DNA from: Alphaproteobacteria bacterium
GTDB taxonomy: Bacteria > Pseudomonadota > Alphaproteobacteria > UBA7887
Assembly: GCA_965216755.1 (NCBI GenBank)
Contig: CBDCGL010000011.1
Coordinates: 512,001 to 576,000 of the forward strand
Length of the DNA: 64,000 bases
Direction of reading: 5' to 3'
Below are positions 18,755-28,563 of this stretch, piece by piece. Position 1 is the stretch's first letter, and every line of letters starts with the position of its first letter. The notes beneath the pieces were generated by a model that was given only the letters and a program-made list of their open reading frames with translations, was not told where the DNA came from and did no database searches. Both the position numbers and the translations under genes were made by a program.

Positions 18755-20242
18755 CTAGCCGGTCAGCGTCCGGCGCACCGCGGCATGCCAGCCGGCCAAT
18801 AATGTTTCCCGCTGCACCGTCGCCATGGCCGGTTCAAATCGCGCGTCGCGACGCCAATGGTCTGCGACGTCATCAAGCGAGCCGATCAACCCAGCACCTA
18901 GCGCGGCCAGATACGCAGCGCCGAGTGCTGTTGTTTCCATGACTTGCGGTCGATCGACGGGCAAGGCCAGAATGTCCGCTAGAAACTGCACCATCCAATC
19001 GTTCGCGACCATGCCCCCGTCGACCCGCAACGTCGACGGGGTGACGCCATCGTCGGCCATCGCGGCGAACAGGTCGTGCGTTTGATAGCAGACAGATTCG
19101 AGCGCCGCCCGTGCAAATTCCGCGCGTCCGGTACCACGGGTCAGACCAAATACCGCGCCGCGCGCATCCGGGTCCCAATGGGGCGCACCAAATCCCGTGA
19201 ATGCGGGCACCAGATACATCCCTCCCGTATGCTCGATGTCTCGCGCCAACGCCTCTGTTTCATGGGCGCTGTCGATGATCTGCAAAGCATCCCGCAACCA
19301 TTGCACGGCTGCACCGGCGACAAAGATCGAGCCTTCTATGGCGTAAGAGGTTTGACCACGGATTCGGTAGGCAATCGTCGTGAGCAGTCGATTGCGCGAG
19401 GCCACCGGCGTGGCGCCCGTGTTCAGAAGCACAAAACAGCCGGTGCCGTATGTACTTTTGATCGTCCCTTTCTCCAAGCAACTCTGACCAACGGCCGCCG
19501 CTTGCTGATCGCCGGCCATGCCCAAAATCGGGACGGCGCGGCCGAACAGGGTCGGTTCGGTTTCGCCGAACTCTGCGACGCATTCTTCGACTGCCGGCAA
19601 GCAAGGCGATGGCACGCGGAATTGGTCGAGCAGGTCGTCGTCCCAGCGATGGTCGTGGATGTTGAACAGGCTGGTGCGACAGGCGTTGGTGACTTCGGTC
19701 TTGTGGGCCCGCCCGCCCGTGAAACGCCACAGCAAGAACGAATCAACTGTTCCGAAGGCGAGTTCGCCATTCTCGGCCCGCGCACGGCCATCGGCGACGT
19801 GGTCCAGGATCCACGCTGCCTTTGTCGCCGAAAAGTAGGGATCCAACAGTAACCCGGTCTTGGCGGTCAGTTTGTTGCCGACGCCTGCCGACTCGAGCTC
19901 TCTGCATATGTCCGCTGTACGGCGGTCTTGCCAAACGATTGCATTGTGGATCGCGGCGCCGGTCGCGCGGTCCCAGATTAGTGTCGTTTCACGTTGGTTC
20001 GTGATGCCGATGGCGACCACGCGGCCGCCGCTCTGCTCGGCCTGTCGAAGAGCGCGCTGCGCGACATTCAGCGTCGTGCGCCATATGTCCTCTGGATCTT
20101 GTTCCACCCAGCCCTCGGCCGGGTAATATTGTGGAAATTCGGATTGAGCCGCCGACACGATGCCGCCCTCGTTGTCGAACACAATCGCCCGGCTACTGGT
20201 CGTGCCTTGGTCGATAGCCAGGATCAAAGGCTTGTCAGACAT
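18755..20242 (-). CDS. glpK: Glycerol kinase
   Basis: [40 protein letters not shown] and ETTALGAA motifs. Confidence 0.96.
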   Translation of the reverse strand: MSDKPLILAIDQGTTSSRAIVFDNEGGIVSAAQSEFPQYYPAEGWVEQDPEDIWRTTLNVAQRALRQAEQSGGRVVAIGITNQRETTLIWDRATGAAIHNAIVWQDRRTADICRELESAGVGNKLTAKTGLLLDPYFSATKAAWILDHVADGRARAENGELAFGTVDSFLLWRFTGGRAHKTEVTNACRTSLFNIHDHRWDDDLLDQFRVPSPCLPAVEECVAEFGETEPTLFGRAVPILGMAGDQQAAAVGQSCLEKGTIKSTYGTGCFVLLNTGATPVASRNRLLTTIAYRIRGQTSYAIEGSIFVAGAAVQWLRDALQIIDSAHETEALARDIEHTGGMYLVPAFTGFGAPHWDPDARGAVFGLTRGTGRAEFARAALESVCYQTHDLFAAMADDGVTPSTLRVDGGMVANDWMVQFLADILALPVDRPQVMETTALGAAYLAALGAGLIGSLDDVADHWRRDARFEPAMATVQRETLLAGWHAAVRRTLTG

Positions 20243-20322
20243 GGGTGTCGGGGTAAATTTTCATCGATGGGATCATCGGGGAACAACGGTTCGTTTGGAA
20301 GCACTTTCCGCGGACCACGGCA

Positions 20323-21861
20323 ATGAGCGCGCCTTTCGATATCCTGATTATCGGGGGTGGCATCAATGGCACTGGCATTGCCCGCGATGCCGCTGGACGT
20401 GGTCTCAAGGTGGTGCTGTGCGAGCGCGACGACCTCGCCGCGCACACTTCATCGGCAAGTACCAAGCTGATTCACGGCGGCTTGCGATACCTGGAACATC
20501 TCGAATTTCGCTTGGTCCGCGAAGCCTTGGCCGAACGCGAGGTGCTTCTGCGCAATGCCCCACACATTGTCCGGCCACTACGTTTTGTCTTGCCTCACCA
20601 CAAGGGGCTGCGGCCGGCTGTTTTGCTGCGCCTCGGGTTGTTTCTCTATGACTATTTGGGGCGCCGCCGGACTTTGCCTGGATCTCGCAAGATCGACCTG
20701 CGTGTGCCGCCCCATCGTGATGTCCTGCGTTTTGAACTGACCTTCGGGTTTGAATATGCGGATTGTTGGGTCGATGACGCGCGCCTTGTCGTGCTTACGG
20801 CCCTTGACGCCAAGGAGCGTGGCGCCACGATTTTGACCCGTACGACTGTCCAGTCGGCCCGCCGGATCGACGGATTGTGGGCCGTGCGAACCACGTCGCG
20901 TGACGGCACCGAACAGACGCTTGTCAGCCGGACCGTGGTCAACGCCGGTGGCCCATGGGTCGGACAGGTGTTCGAAAGTCTCGATACCGGCCATCGCCGG
21001 ATCGTGCCGCGACTCGTGAAGGGAAGTCACATCGTCACACGTCGATTGTTTGGCGGCGAACATGCCTACATATTTCAAAACACCGATAAGCGGGTCGTGT
21101 TCGCGATTCCCTATGAAGATGCGTTCACTCTGATTGGCACAACAGACGTGCCCTTCGACGCCGACCTCGGCGCTGTCGGTGTGTCTCAAAATGAAGTGAG
21201 CTATCTTTGCAACGCGGTTGGGGACTACATGAATGTCCCAATCCGACCAGACGACATCGTTTGGCGGTTTGCTGGTGTCCGGCCATTGTTTGATGATCAG
21301 CGACGTGACGCGTCGACCGTAACCCGCGACTATGTTCTGGATTTCGATCGAGGCGCGGGCCATGATCCTTTGTTGCTGTCGGTCGTCGGCGGCAAACTAA
21401 CGACACACCGTGTTCTCGCTGAACAGGCCGTCGACAAACTGGCAGCCGATTTACCAAGAGTTGGCCCGGCCTGGACTCGGCACGCGCCATTACCTGGTGG
21501 CGATCTCGGCGGTGCCAATTTCGCGACCTATGCCAAAAAGGCCGCGGATCGCTACCCTTGGCTATCGTCTCTCGGACGGCAAGGGCTTCTGCGGCGTCAT
21601 GGGTCGCGCCTAGATAGGTTACTTGACGGTGCTCACGGTGTCGGTGGCTTGGGTCACGATTTTGGTGGAGGTCTCTATGAAGCCGAAGTGCGCTACTTGA
21701 TTGACCATGAGTGGGCCCTGACAGTGGAAGATATCCTTTGGCGGCGGACCAAGTGCGGTTTGCATATGACACCCGAGCAGCGTGACCATTTCACCGAATG
21801 GATCGGTCGCCGGGCAATAGCGCGCAATGGGAATCAGGGGACGCCTTTCGCACCAGTCTAG
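20323..21861 (+). CDS. glpD: Aerobic glycerol-3-phosphate dehydrogenase
   Basis: IGGGING, TSSASTKLIHGGLRYLE, VDDARL, GVRPL, GGKLTT and DILWRRTK motifs. Confidence 0.95.
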   Translation: MSAPFDILIIGGGINGTGIARDAAGRGLKVVLCERDDLAAHTSSASTKLIHGGLRYLEHLEFRLVREALAEREVLLRNAPHIVRPLRFVLPHHKGLRPAVLLRLGLFLYDYLGRRRTLPGSRKIDLRVPPHRDVLRFELTFGFEYADCWVDDARLVVLTALDAKERGATILTRTTVQSARRIDGLWAVRTTSRDGTEQTLVSRTVVNAGGPWVGQVFESLDTGHRRIVPRLVKGSHIVTRRLFGGEHAYIFQNTDKRVVFAIPYEDAFTLIGTTDVPFDADLGAVGVSQNEVSYLCNAVGDYMNVPIRPDDIVWRFAGVRPLFDDQRRDASTVTRDYVLDFDRGAGHDPLLLSVVGGKLTTHRVLAEQAVDKLAADLPRVGPAWTRHAPLPGGDLGGANFATYAKKAADRYPWLSSLGRQGLLRRHGSRLDRLLDGAHGVGGLGHDFGGGLYEAEVRYLIDHEWALTVEDILWRRTKCGLHMTPEQRDHFTEWIGRRAIARNGNQGTPFAPV

Positions 21862-22393
21862 CGCTCTTTGACGGGGCGAGAAGGCGGACTCCTGCGCGAT
21901 GCCTGGCGTCACAAGTTTGGTGAGCGGTCTTGAGCAAGTTTGCGCTTGTCGGCCATGTTGCAGAAATGGCCGGCGCCTGTGGGCGGAAGATGGAACAGCC
22001 CGAATCAAAGGTTGTTGAACTGGCCCAGCTTCATAGGAAGCGAGGCAAACACTCATACTGTCCGTTGCATTCGGAAATAATAGAAAGTCAAGAAAAATTG
22101 ATATTTCTTATTTTGATTTTCAACTGTCGATGATAAGTGGCGGCGAATATTAAGAACCTACGGCGGAAAGGGGTAATTACAGGATATTCGTTGTTGAATA
22201 CGAAAGCACTATTTTGCATAATCGATTGCGATCGATTCTCAGTACAGGCTCCCGAACGACCAACCTCCGTTGGCACTTTGGATAACGTGCCCATCGGATC
22301 TGCTCTGAGTTCAGAGTCTGCCGAGCCGGCCAGAACCGGCGCAAAAGCAGCGAAGGATTGCGATACGGCGTTTTGCTACTTGGGACGGGCCAC

Positions 22394-23515
22394 ATGCGTG
22401 AAGTCGCTCTACGATTCTTTGATGGCTTGCCATATTTCGCAAAAGCCGTGAGGGCGAAGCTTGCTGAATGGACGCCGCTGATGGTTGCGCGGCCAATGTC
22501 CGTTACCGTCAGCCCCACCAAAAGATGCAATGCCTTTTGCCCAATGTGTGGCATCGGTAGGGCGAACGCGCGCAAGAGCGTCGTGTCCACCGCTGAGCTG
22601 TCTATGGATCAGGTGACAAGTCTCTATGACGGCTTGGCGAAGCTTGGTGCGAGGGGAACATTCGTTTCATTTGCTGATGGCGAGCCGACACTGTGGAAAC
22701 CACTGGCGGCGGCTGTCCATACCGGTCGCCGCTTGGGGATCGACACCAGCTTGACCACAAATGGGTATACGCTGCGGGGGCGTGTGGCAGATGCCATTAT
22801 CGATGCCGAACCAAGCAATGTGGGCATCTCACTCGAATCTGTGCGCAGCGAAGCAAACGAAACACTGCGGCCACTTGGCGGAAAAGGTACCCAGAAAACG
22901 ATCGACGCAATCGAAGAATTGCTCTGCCGTCGCAAAAGTAAAAACAAGAAATTCCGCGTCAACATTAAGACGGTTATTACTGCAATCAATTATCGATTTA
23001 TGCCCGAGATCGTAGAGAAATATGCTGCGCGGGAAGGTGTCATGTGGACGCCGCAGCCCTACCGCGGACCCGACAAATCCCTTTGGGTCACGGATACTGA
23101 CTCGCTGCAGATGGTCGTCGACCGGCTGTTGGTGCTCAAAAAGAAGGGCTACAAGATCAATGCCAGCGCAGAGAATCTACAGAACTTTGTCGATTACTTT
23201 GCGTCCGGATGGGAGGCGCATGGCGGTTGGACGTTGAAAGACCCGCCCGCGCGCTCGCGTCAGAGCACCGCCAATGGCAGGCGATGTACCATTGGATTTA
23301 CCAGCTTGTTTGTTGGCGTTGATGGCCAGATTAGACTGTGCCCATACAAAGAGCCGATCGGAAAATTGGGCGACGAGCCGTTGGACGAGATGTGGCGCGG
23401 ACGGGCTGCGGCCAATGTTCGCGCAAAGATCCGCGATTGCTCGGTGGACTGCGAACTATCGAACACGCGTCCGAGCTCGCTATGGCACAAGGCAAAACTA
23501 TTTCTTGCCAGTTAG
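22394..23515 (+). CDS. Radical SAM protein with a C-terminal SPASM/Twitch domain
   Basis: CNAFCPMC, DGEP and TTNG motifs; C-terminal CX12GX4C plus CSVDC. Start uncertain (22358, 22394 or 22481). Confidence 0.85.
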   Translation: MREVALRFFDGLPYFAKAVRAKLAEWTPLMVARPMSVTVSPTKRCNAFCPMCGIGRANARKSVVSTAELSMDQVTSLYDGLAKLGARGTFVSFADGEPTLWKPLAAAVHTGRRLGIDTSLTTNGYTLRGRVADAIIDAEPSNVGISLESVRSEANETLRPLGGKGTQKTIDAIEELLCRRKSKNKKFRVNIKTVITAINYRFMPEIVEKYAAREGVMWTPQPYRGPDKSLWVTDTDSLQMVVDRLLVLKKKGYKINASAENLQNFVDYFASGWEAHGGWTLKDPPARSRQSTANGRRCTIGFTSLFVGVDGQIRLCPYKEPIGKLGDEPLDEMWRGRAAANVRAKIRDCSVDCELSNTRPSSLWHKAKLFLAS

Positions 23516-23541
23516 TCTATCCGACACAAACAATATTCGCC

Positions 23542-24294
23542 CTAAACGTGCTGCCCACCATTGATGTGAATCTCGGCGCCGTTGACATAGCTCGATTGCT
23601 CGGTGCACAAAAAGTATATGGTCTTGGCGACTTCTTCGGGTGTGCCCAATCGGTGCATGGGGATTTCGGGAACCAACTCTTTCTCAGTTTCTGGCGACAA
23701 AATTGAAGTCTTGATTTCGCCCGGTGCTATGGCATTGACGCGAATCCCCATGGGCCCGAAGTCTGCCGCCATTTCGCGCGTCAGTGACACTAGCGCCGCC
23801 TTCGACGTCGCGTAGGCAGTACCGGCGAACGGATGCACACGACTTCCGGCAATCGACGTTACGTTGACGATGGCGCCAGGAACTTGGCGGAGCTCGTCAA
23901 CCAATCCGCGCGCCAGCAATATCGGGGCGAAGAAATTTACGCGAAAGACGGTCTGCCAATCGTCCAGATCCGTAGTCAAGGAGTCCAATCGACCGCCGTT
24001 CGCGCCTTTCGGCGAAATACCGGCATTGTTGACCAACGCATGCAATGGTCCGCCCGCCAATCGTTCGCGCAATTCGGTCAACCTGTCGTCCAACCCGGCC
24101 GTATCGGCCAGATCAATTTGCAGATGGTCCTCCGGCCCGGCCTCCCACGGGCAATCCTCCGGAAACGGGTGCCGTGAACACGTAATGACCCGCCAACCGG
24201 CACTCGAAAATCGTTTGACTGTGGCATGGCCAATGCCACGGCTGGCGCCGGTCAGGACAAGCGTCTTGCGTGAGTTTGGACGTGAGTCGGCCAT
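23542..24294 (-). CDS. fixR: SDR oxidoreductase, FixR-like
   Basis: TGASRGIG, NNAG and YATSK motifs; VHPFAG and C-terminal EIHINGGQHV are typical of FixR homologues. Confidence 0.75.
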   Translation of the reverse strand: MADSRPNSRKTLVLTGASRGIGHATVKRFSSAGWRVITCSRHPFPEDCPWEAGPEDHLQIDLADTAGLDDRLTELRERLAGGPLHALVNNAGISPKGANGGRLDSLTTDLDDWQTVFRVNFFAPILLARGLVDELRQVPGAIVNVTSIAGSRVHPFAGTAYATSKAALVSLTREMAADFGPMGIRVNAIAPGEIKTSILSPETEKELVPEIPMHRLGTPEEVAKTIYFLCTEQSSYVNGAEIHINGGQHV

Positions 24295-24347
24295 AAGCGT
24301 TCCTCTCGGACGAAGTTTTGCCGGAGTTTACGCTGTTTCGCTTGTGA

Positions 24348-26144
24348 TTACTCAGCCTTCTGCATCACATAACTCCCGGGCGCCGGCATTAGTGCCGGCA
24401 AATCGCCGTCGCCGGGCGTGCGCGCCCCCACCATGGGCCCGCAAAGCTTGGCATTCCATTTCTGCCAATCGACCCACCATGATTCGTCGTGCTGCTTGGC
24501 ATTGCGTAGCCAGACTTCCGGATCAATTGGCAGTTTGCCGTTGGTCCAATGGCCATACTTCGCGTTGGGCGGCGCGTTGGTCATCCCGGCAATATGCCCA
24601 GAGCCGCCGAGAACAAATCGCTTGGGTCCACCGAAAATCTGGGTTGCCTTATACGCGGACATCCAAGGTGCGATATGGTCTTCCTTGGTCCCCACGACGT
24701 AGACCGGTTGCTTAACCTGCGACAAGTCGATCTTGACGCCGTTGATTTCCAATCCACCCGGCTGTGCCAGCAGGTTCTTTTGATACATATTGCGCAGATA
24801 GAATGAATGCATGCGCGCCGGCATGCGCGTGCTGTCTGAGTTCCAAAACAAGAGATCAAACGGGAACGGATCGCGCCCCATCAGGTAATTGTTGACAACA
24901 AACGACCAAATCAGGTCATTGGCGCGAAGCATGTTGAAAGTGGTGGACATGGCACTGGCTTCCAAAAAACCGCCACTGTCCTCCATTCGCTCTTCGAGCG
25001 CGGTCAATTGTTCTTCGTCGATGAACACAGCCAATTCGCCGGGTGTCTCGAAATCGACTTGCGCCGCCAGGAAAGTCGCACCCTTGACCCGATCATCGCC
25101 CTTTGCCGCCATATAGCCGAGCGCCGTAGCCAGCAACGTGCCGCCCAGGCACAAGCCCAGTGTCGTTACGTCGCGCACCCCGGTGGCTTTTTCGATGGCG
25201 TCGAACGCGGTCAGTAGGCCTTCGATCACATAGGAATCGAAATCCTTGTCAGCGAGACGCACGTCGGGGTTAACCCAGGAAATGATAAAGGTAGTAAAGC
25301 CTTGTTCGGTGGCCCACCGAACGAACGAATTTTTCGGTCTCAGATCTAAAATGTAATATTTATTGATCCATGGCGGCACGACCAACAATGGTATTTTATG
25401 AACTTTTTCGGTCGTGGGCGCATACTGGATCAGCTCAAACAAATCATTGCGAAAGACAACTTGCCCGGGCGTTGCGGCGACGTTCTCGCCGACTTTGAAC
25501 GCCTCCATATCGGTCATCTTAATTCGTAGCTGGCCGTGGTCGTTGTCCAGATCGTCCAAGAGATTGCCCAATCCCTTGACCAAGTTTTGTCCATTTGAAC
25601 TGAAGGTTTCGCGCAGGACCTCCGGGTTGGTCAGCACGAAATTGCTGGGTGCCATGGCGTCCGCAAACTGGCGCGTATAGAAATCCACCTTTTGCGCGGT
25701 CTTGCCGTCCAGCCCGTCGACATCGTTGACTGTTGCCTGCATCCAACGCGCCGTCAGAAGGTATGACTGTTTGATAAAGTCGAACAGGGCGCTCTCTTCC
25801 CAAGCGGCATCCTTGAAGCGGCGATCTCCAGGTTCTGGGGAAACCACGGCGTTTGGGTCTTGGCCGAGCATCCGCTGTGCGGTGTTCTGCCACAAACGCA
25901 TATAGTCCTGCCAAAGCAGCATTTGCGCCTGAACGGCTTTCATGGGGTTCGCCATCATGCGCGTGGTCAATTCAAGAAAGGCGTTGCCGATATTTAATGG
26001 GTCAGCCATGCCAAGGTTGTCTGGCGATTGCCGTTGGATAAATGCTTGAATTAGACGCTGGCTCTGCTCGGCGATCTTGGCCATGTTCTGCGCGAACTCA
26101 GCCGCATCAGGTGTTTCGGTCGTATCGCGGTTCGAATCAACCAT
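24348..26144 (-). CDS. phaC: Class I polyhydroxyalkanoate synthase
   Basis: DRRFKD, PPWINKYYILDL, lipase-like box GLCLGG, DHIAPW and SGHIAG. Start trimmed to ATG 26144. Confidence 0.95.
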   Translation of the reverse strand: MVDSNRDTTETPDAAEFAQNMAKIAEQSQRLIQAFIQRQSPDNLGMADPLNIGNAFLELTTRMMANPMKAVQAQMLLWQDYMRLWQNTAQRMLGQDPNAVVSPEPGDRRFKDAAWEESALFDFIKQSYLLTARWMQATVNDVDGLDGKTAQKVDFYTRQFADAMAPSNFVLTNPEVLRETFSSNGQNLVKGLGNLLDDLDNDHGQLRIKMTDMEAFKVGENVAATPGQVVFRNDLFELIQYAPTTEKVHKIPLLVVPPWINKYYILDLRPKNSFVRWATEQGFTTFIISWVNPDVRLADKDFDSYVIEGLLTAFDAIEKATGVRDVTTLGLCLGGTLLATALGYMAAKGDDRVKGATFLAAQVDFETPGELAVFIDEEQLTALEERMEDSGGFLEASAMSTTFNMLRANDLIWSFVVNNYLMGRDPFPFDLLFWNSDSTRMPARMHSFYLRNMYQKNLLAQPGGLEINGVKIDLSQVKQPVYVVGTKEDHIAPWMSAYKATQIFGGPKRFVLGGSGHIAGMTNAPPNAKYGHWTNGKLPIDPEVWLRNAKQHDESWWVDWQKWNAKLCGPMVGARTPGDGDLPALMPAPGSYVMQKAE

Positions 26145-26201
26145 CGTTCCCTGTTCCATTCCCAACGTGTAGGGCGCGCGCGAACGCCTCGAATATGGCT
26201 T

Positions 26202-26250
26202 TGCTGCACTGCAGCGAAAACTTGTACCAGCTTTTCCTTGCGATGCACCA
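26202..26250. promoter_or_regulatory. Two PhaR-type boxes in the phaC/OmpA divergent region
   Basis: TGCAGTGCAGCA (minus strand, 26202-26213) and TGCGATGCACCA (plus strand, 26239-26250) both fit TGCRNYGCASMA. Confidence 0.65.
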
Positions 26251-26323
26251 GCAGATTTACGATGTTCTGCTTGGTGGTCCGAGTGATCCGGGCCGCGTTG
26301 GACAACCATCGGGTGAGGCAGGA

Positions 26324-27283
26324 ATGCGCGCGTGGAGCAAGGCGCCGGGGCGAACAGCGGCCGGCGACGGCATTGACGCCAGCGACAATGAAGCGACCAG
26401 ATCTTGCCGCTTCAGGCGCGCCCTGTACGCGTGCGTGGCCGTCCTGGCGGTTTCTGGTTGTTCGGCTTTGCCGGAGTCATTGGATCCGGTTTCGTGGTTG
26501 CGGGCGGCAGACGATGCCGTGACCGCAGACCAAAGTGAGGAAGATCGGACACTGGCCGCGCGGGCTGCGAGCGAGAGAGCCGAGCCGATCCCGGGCGCCG
26601 ACCGCCCGTTTCCGAGGCTCGGCGAAGTACCAGGTGCGCCGCCGCCCGTGGCCGATATAGAACGTCGGCGTCAGCTCGCCGATTCCCTGGCAGCTGAGCG
26701 CGCCAACGCGCGATACTCGGAACAGACAATCGCGGCGGCACGCGCGGCTGATGGCAGTGCGCCAAGCGCGCCCATGCCACCCCAATCAGCGCCACCGCCA
26801 CCGCCTTATGAGGCGCAATCAGAGGCTTACGAGAGCACGTACCAGGATGCCTTCGCGCGTTCGGCCGAGACGGCGATGGCCCCGCCGGAGTCTGGCCGGG
26901 TGGCGTCGACCGGTCGGGTTCATGTTGCTGTCATTTATTTTGGCAGCGGGTCGTCAAAGTTGAGTGGTTCGGACAAGGATGTGCTGCGGCAGGTGGTCCA
27001 GCTCTATCGGAATCATGGCGGGCAGTTGCGCGTTGTTGGTCATGCGAGCGGGCCGACTGGCAAGGCCGATATTGCCGAGCAGAAAATACTCAACTACCGG
27101 ATGTCCGAAGATCGCGCCCAAGCGGTCGCGCAGGAGCTTATGCGGTTGGGCGTCCGTCCCGAGCAGGTGATCGTGAATGCAGTGTCCGACACACAACGGA
27201 TTTATGCAGAGGACACGCCCGTCGGCGAAGCAGCGAACCGACGAGCCGACATCTACATAGACGGACCACAGCGGCCGATCTGA
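26324..27283 (+). CDS. OmpA-family peptidoglycan-binding lipoprotein
   Basis: Lipobox AVSGC, Pro-rich linker, and OmpA-C motifs IYFGSGSS, VVGHAS, SEDRAQAV and NRRADIY. Exact start uncertain. Confidence 0.82.
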   Translation: MRAWSKAPGRTAAGDGIDASDNEATRSCRFRRALYACVAVLAVSGCSALPESLDPVSWLRAADDAVTADQSEEDRTLAARAASERAEPIPGADRPFPRLGEVPGAPPPVADIERRRQLADSLAAERANARYSEQTIAAARAADGSAPSAPMPPQSAPPPPPYEAQSEAYESTYQDAFARSAETAMAPPESGRVASTGRVHVAVIYFGSGSSKLSGSDKDVLRQVVQLYRNHGGQLRVVGHASGPTGKADIAEQKILNYRMSEDRAQAVAQELMRLGVRPEQVIVNAVSDTQRIYAEDTPVGEAANRRADIYIDGPQRPI

Positions 27284-27327
27284 GTTAGAGTTAGGTGTCT
27301 GTTTGAATTACGACGAAGCACCATTTC

Positions 27328-28563
27328 ATGGAGAATGAATTTGAGCGGGTAAAGCGATTGCCGCCCTATGTGTTCGCCGAAGTGAACACGATGAAAGCGG
27401 CCGCGCGCGCGGCAGGCCGGGATATTATCGATTTCGGCATGGGAAATCCTGATGCGCCGACGCCGCCGCATATTGTCGAGAAACTGGTCGAAACGGTACG
27501 CAACCCGCGCACCCACCGCTATTCCGTTTCTCGGGGCATTCCCGGATTGCGGCGCGCTTTGGCAGCCTACTACGATCGCCGTTTTGGGGTCGACCTGGAT
27601 CCGGAAACCGAAGCGATCGTGACCCTAGGATCCAAGGAAGGCTTGGCGAATCTGGCCTCGGCTATCGGCGCGCCGGGCGACGTCATATTGGTGCCAAATC
27701 CCAGCTACCCGATCCACCCTTACGGATTTGTCATTGCGGGCGCCGCGGTGCGGCACATCCCGACCGGGCCCGGATTTGACCTTCTCGACGAGATCGACCG
27801 CGCAGTCAAACACAGCGTGCCGCGGCCGCGTGCCTTGGTGTTGAACTATCCGCGCAATCCGACAGCCGAAACGGTAGATCTGGCATTTTACGAAGAGATC
27901 GTGGCGTACGCGCGCAAGCACAATATGTACCTCCTTTCGGATCTCGCCTACGCGGAGATCTATTTCGATATCGATCCGCCGCCGTCGATATTGCAAGTGC
28001 CTGGCGCGCGCGAAGTGGCGGTGGAATTCACATCGTTGAGCAAGACCTACTCCATGCCCGGTTGGCGGATCGGTTTCGCCGCTGGCAATCCAAAGCTGAT
28101 CAATGCGTTGGCACGGATCAAGTCTTACTTGGATTATGGAGCCTTCACGCCGATACAAGTCGCGGCGACGGCGGCATTGAATGGACCGCAAGATTGCGTC
28201 GACGACATTCGCCGGCGCTATCGTGAGCGTCGAGATGTGTTGATAGAAGGACTCAATGCGGCCAATTGGCCCGTGGCACCGCCGCAGGCGACGATGTTTG
28301 TGTGGGCACCAATTCCGGAGCCCTTCTGTGCGATGGGTTCATTAGAGTTTTCGAAACGCCTTTTGCAGGAGGCTGAGGTGGCGGTGTCTCCTGGCTTTGG
28401 TTTTGGCGAATATGGCGAGGGCTTTGTCCGCATCGCCCTGGTCGAGAATCGCCAACGCATTCGCCAAGCAGCCCGTAACATCAGGGCGTTCATGCAAGGC
28501 GCGGACCCGGCGCGCCCGGCGGTGAAAGATCATTCGGGGCCTGGCCAGGCGCTGGCGTCATGA
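27328..28563 (+). CDS. alaC: Class I PLP aminotransferase (AlaC / LL-DAP aminotransferase-like)
   Basis: RLPPYVFAEVN, GSKEG, DLAY, SLSKTYSMPGWRIG and KSYLDYG motifs; coupled to hom. Confidence 0.85.
   Translation: MENEFERVKRLPPYVFAEVNTMKAAARAAGRDIIDFGMGNPDAPTPPHIVEKLVETVRNPRTHRYSVSRGIPGLRRALAAYYDRRFGVDLDPETEAIVTLGSKEGLANLASAIGAPGDVILVPNPSYPIHPYGFVIAGAAVRHIPTGPGFDLLDEIDRAVKHSVPRPRALVLNYPRNPTAETVDLAFYEEIVAYARKHNMYLLSDLAYAEIYFDIDPPPSILQVPGAREVAVEFTSLSKTYSMPGWRIGFAAGNPKLINALARIKSYLDYGAFTPIQVAATAALNGPQDCVDDIRRRYRERRDVLIEGLNAANWPVAPPQATMFVWAPIPEPFCAMGSLEFSKRLLQEAEVAVSPGFGFGEYGEGFVRIALVENRQRIRQAARNIRAFMQGADPARPAVKDHSGPGQALAS

Noticed and set aside
22137-22451. 104-aa Cys-containing ORF as a RiPP precursor for the radical SAM enzyme
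   Set aside because: It has no SD, overlaps the radical SAM start out of frame, starts in a promoter-like AT tract, and no RRE, peptidase or transporter gene is nearby. It cannot be fully excluded without ribosome profiling.
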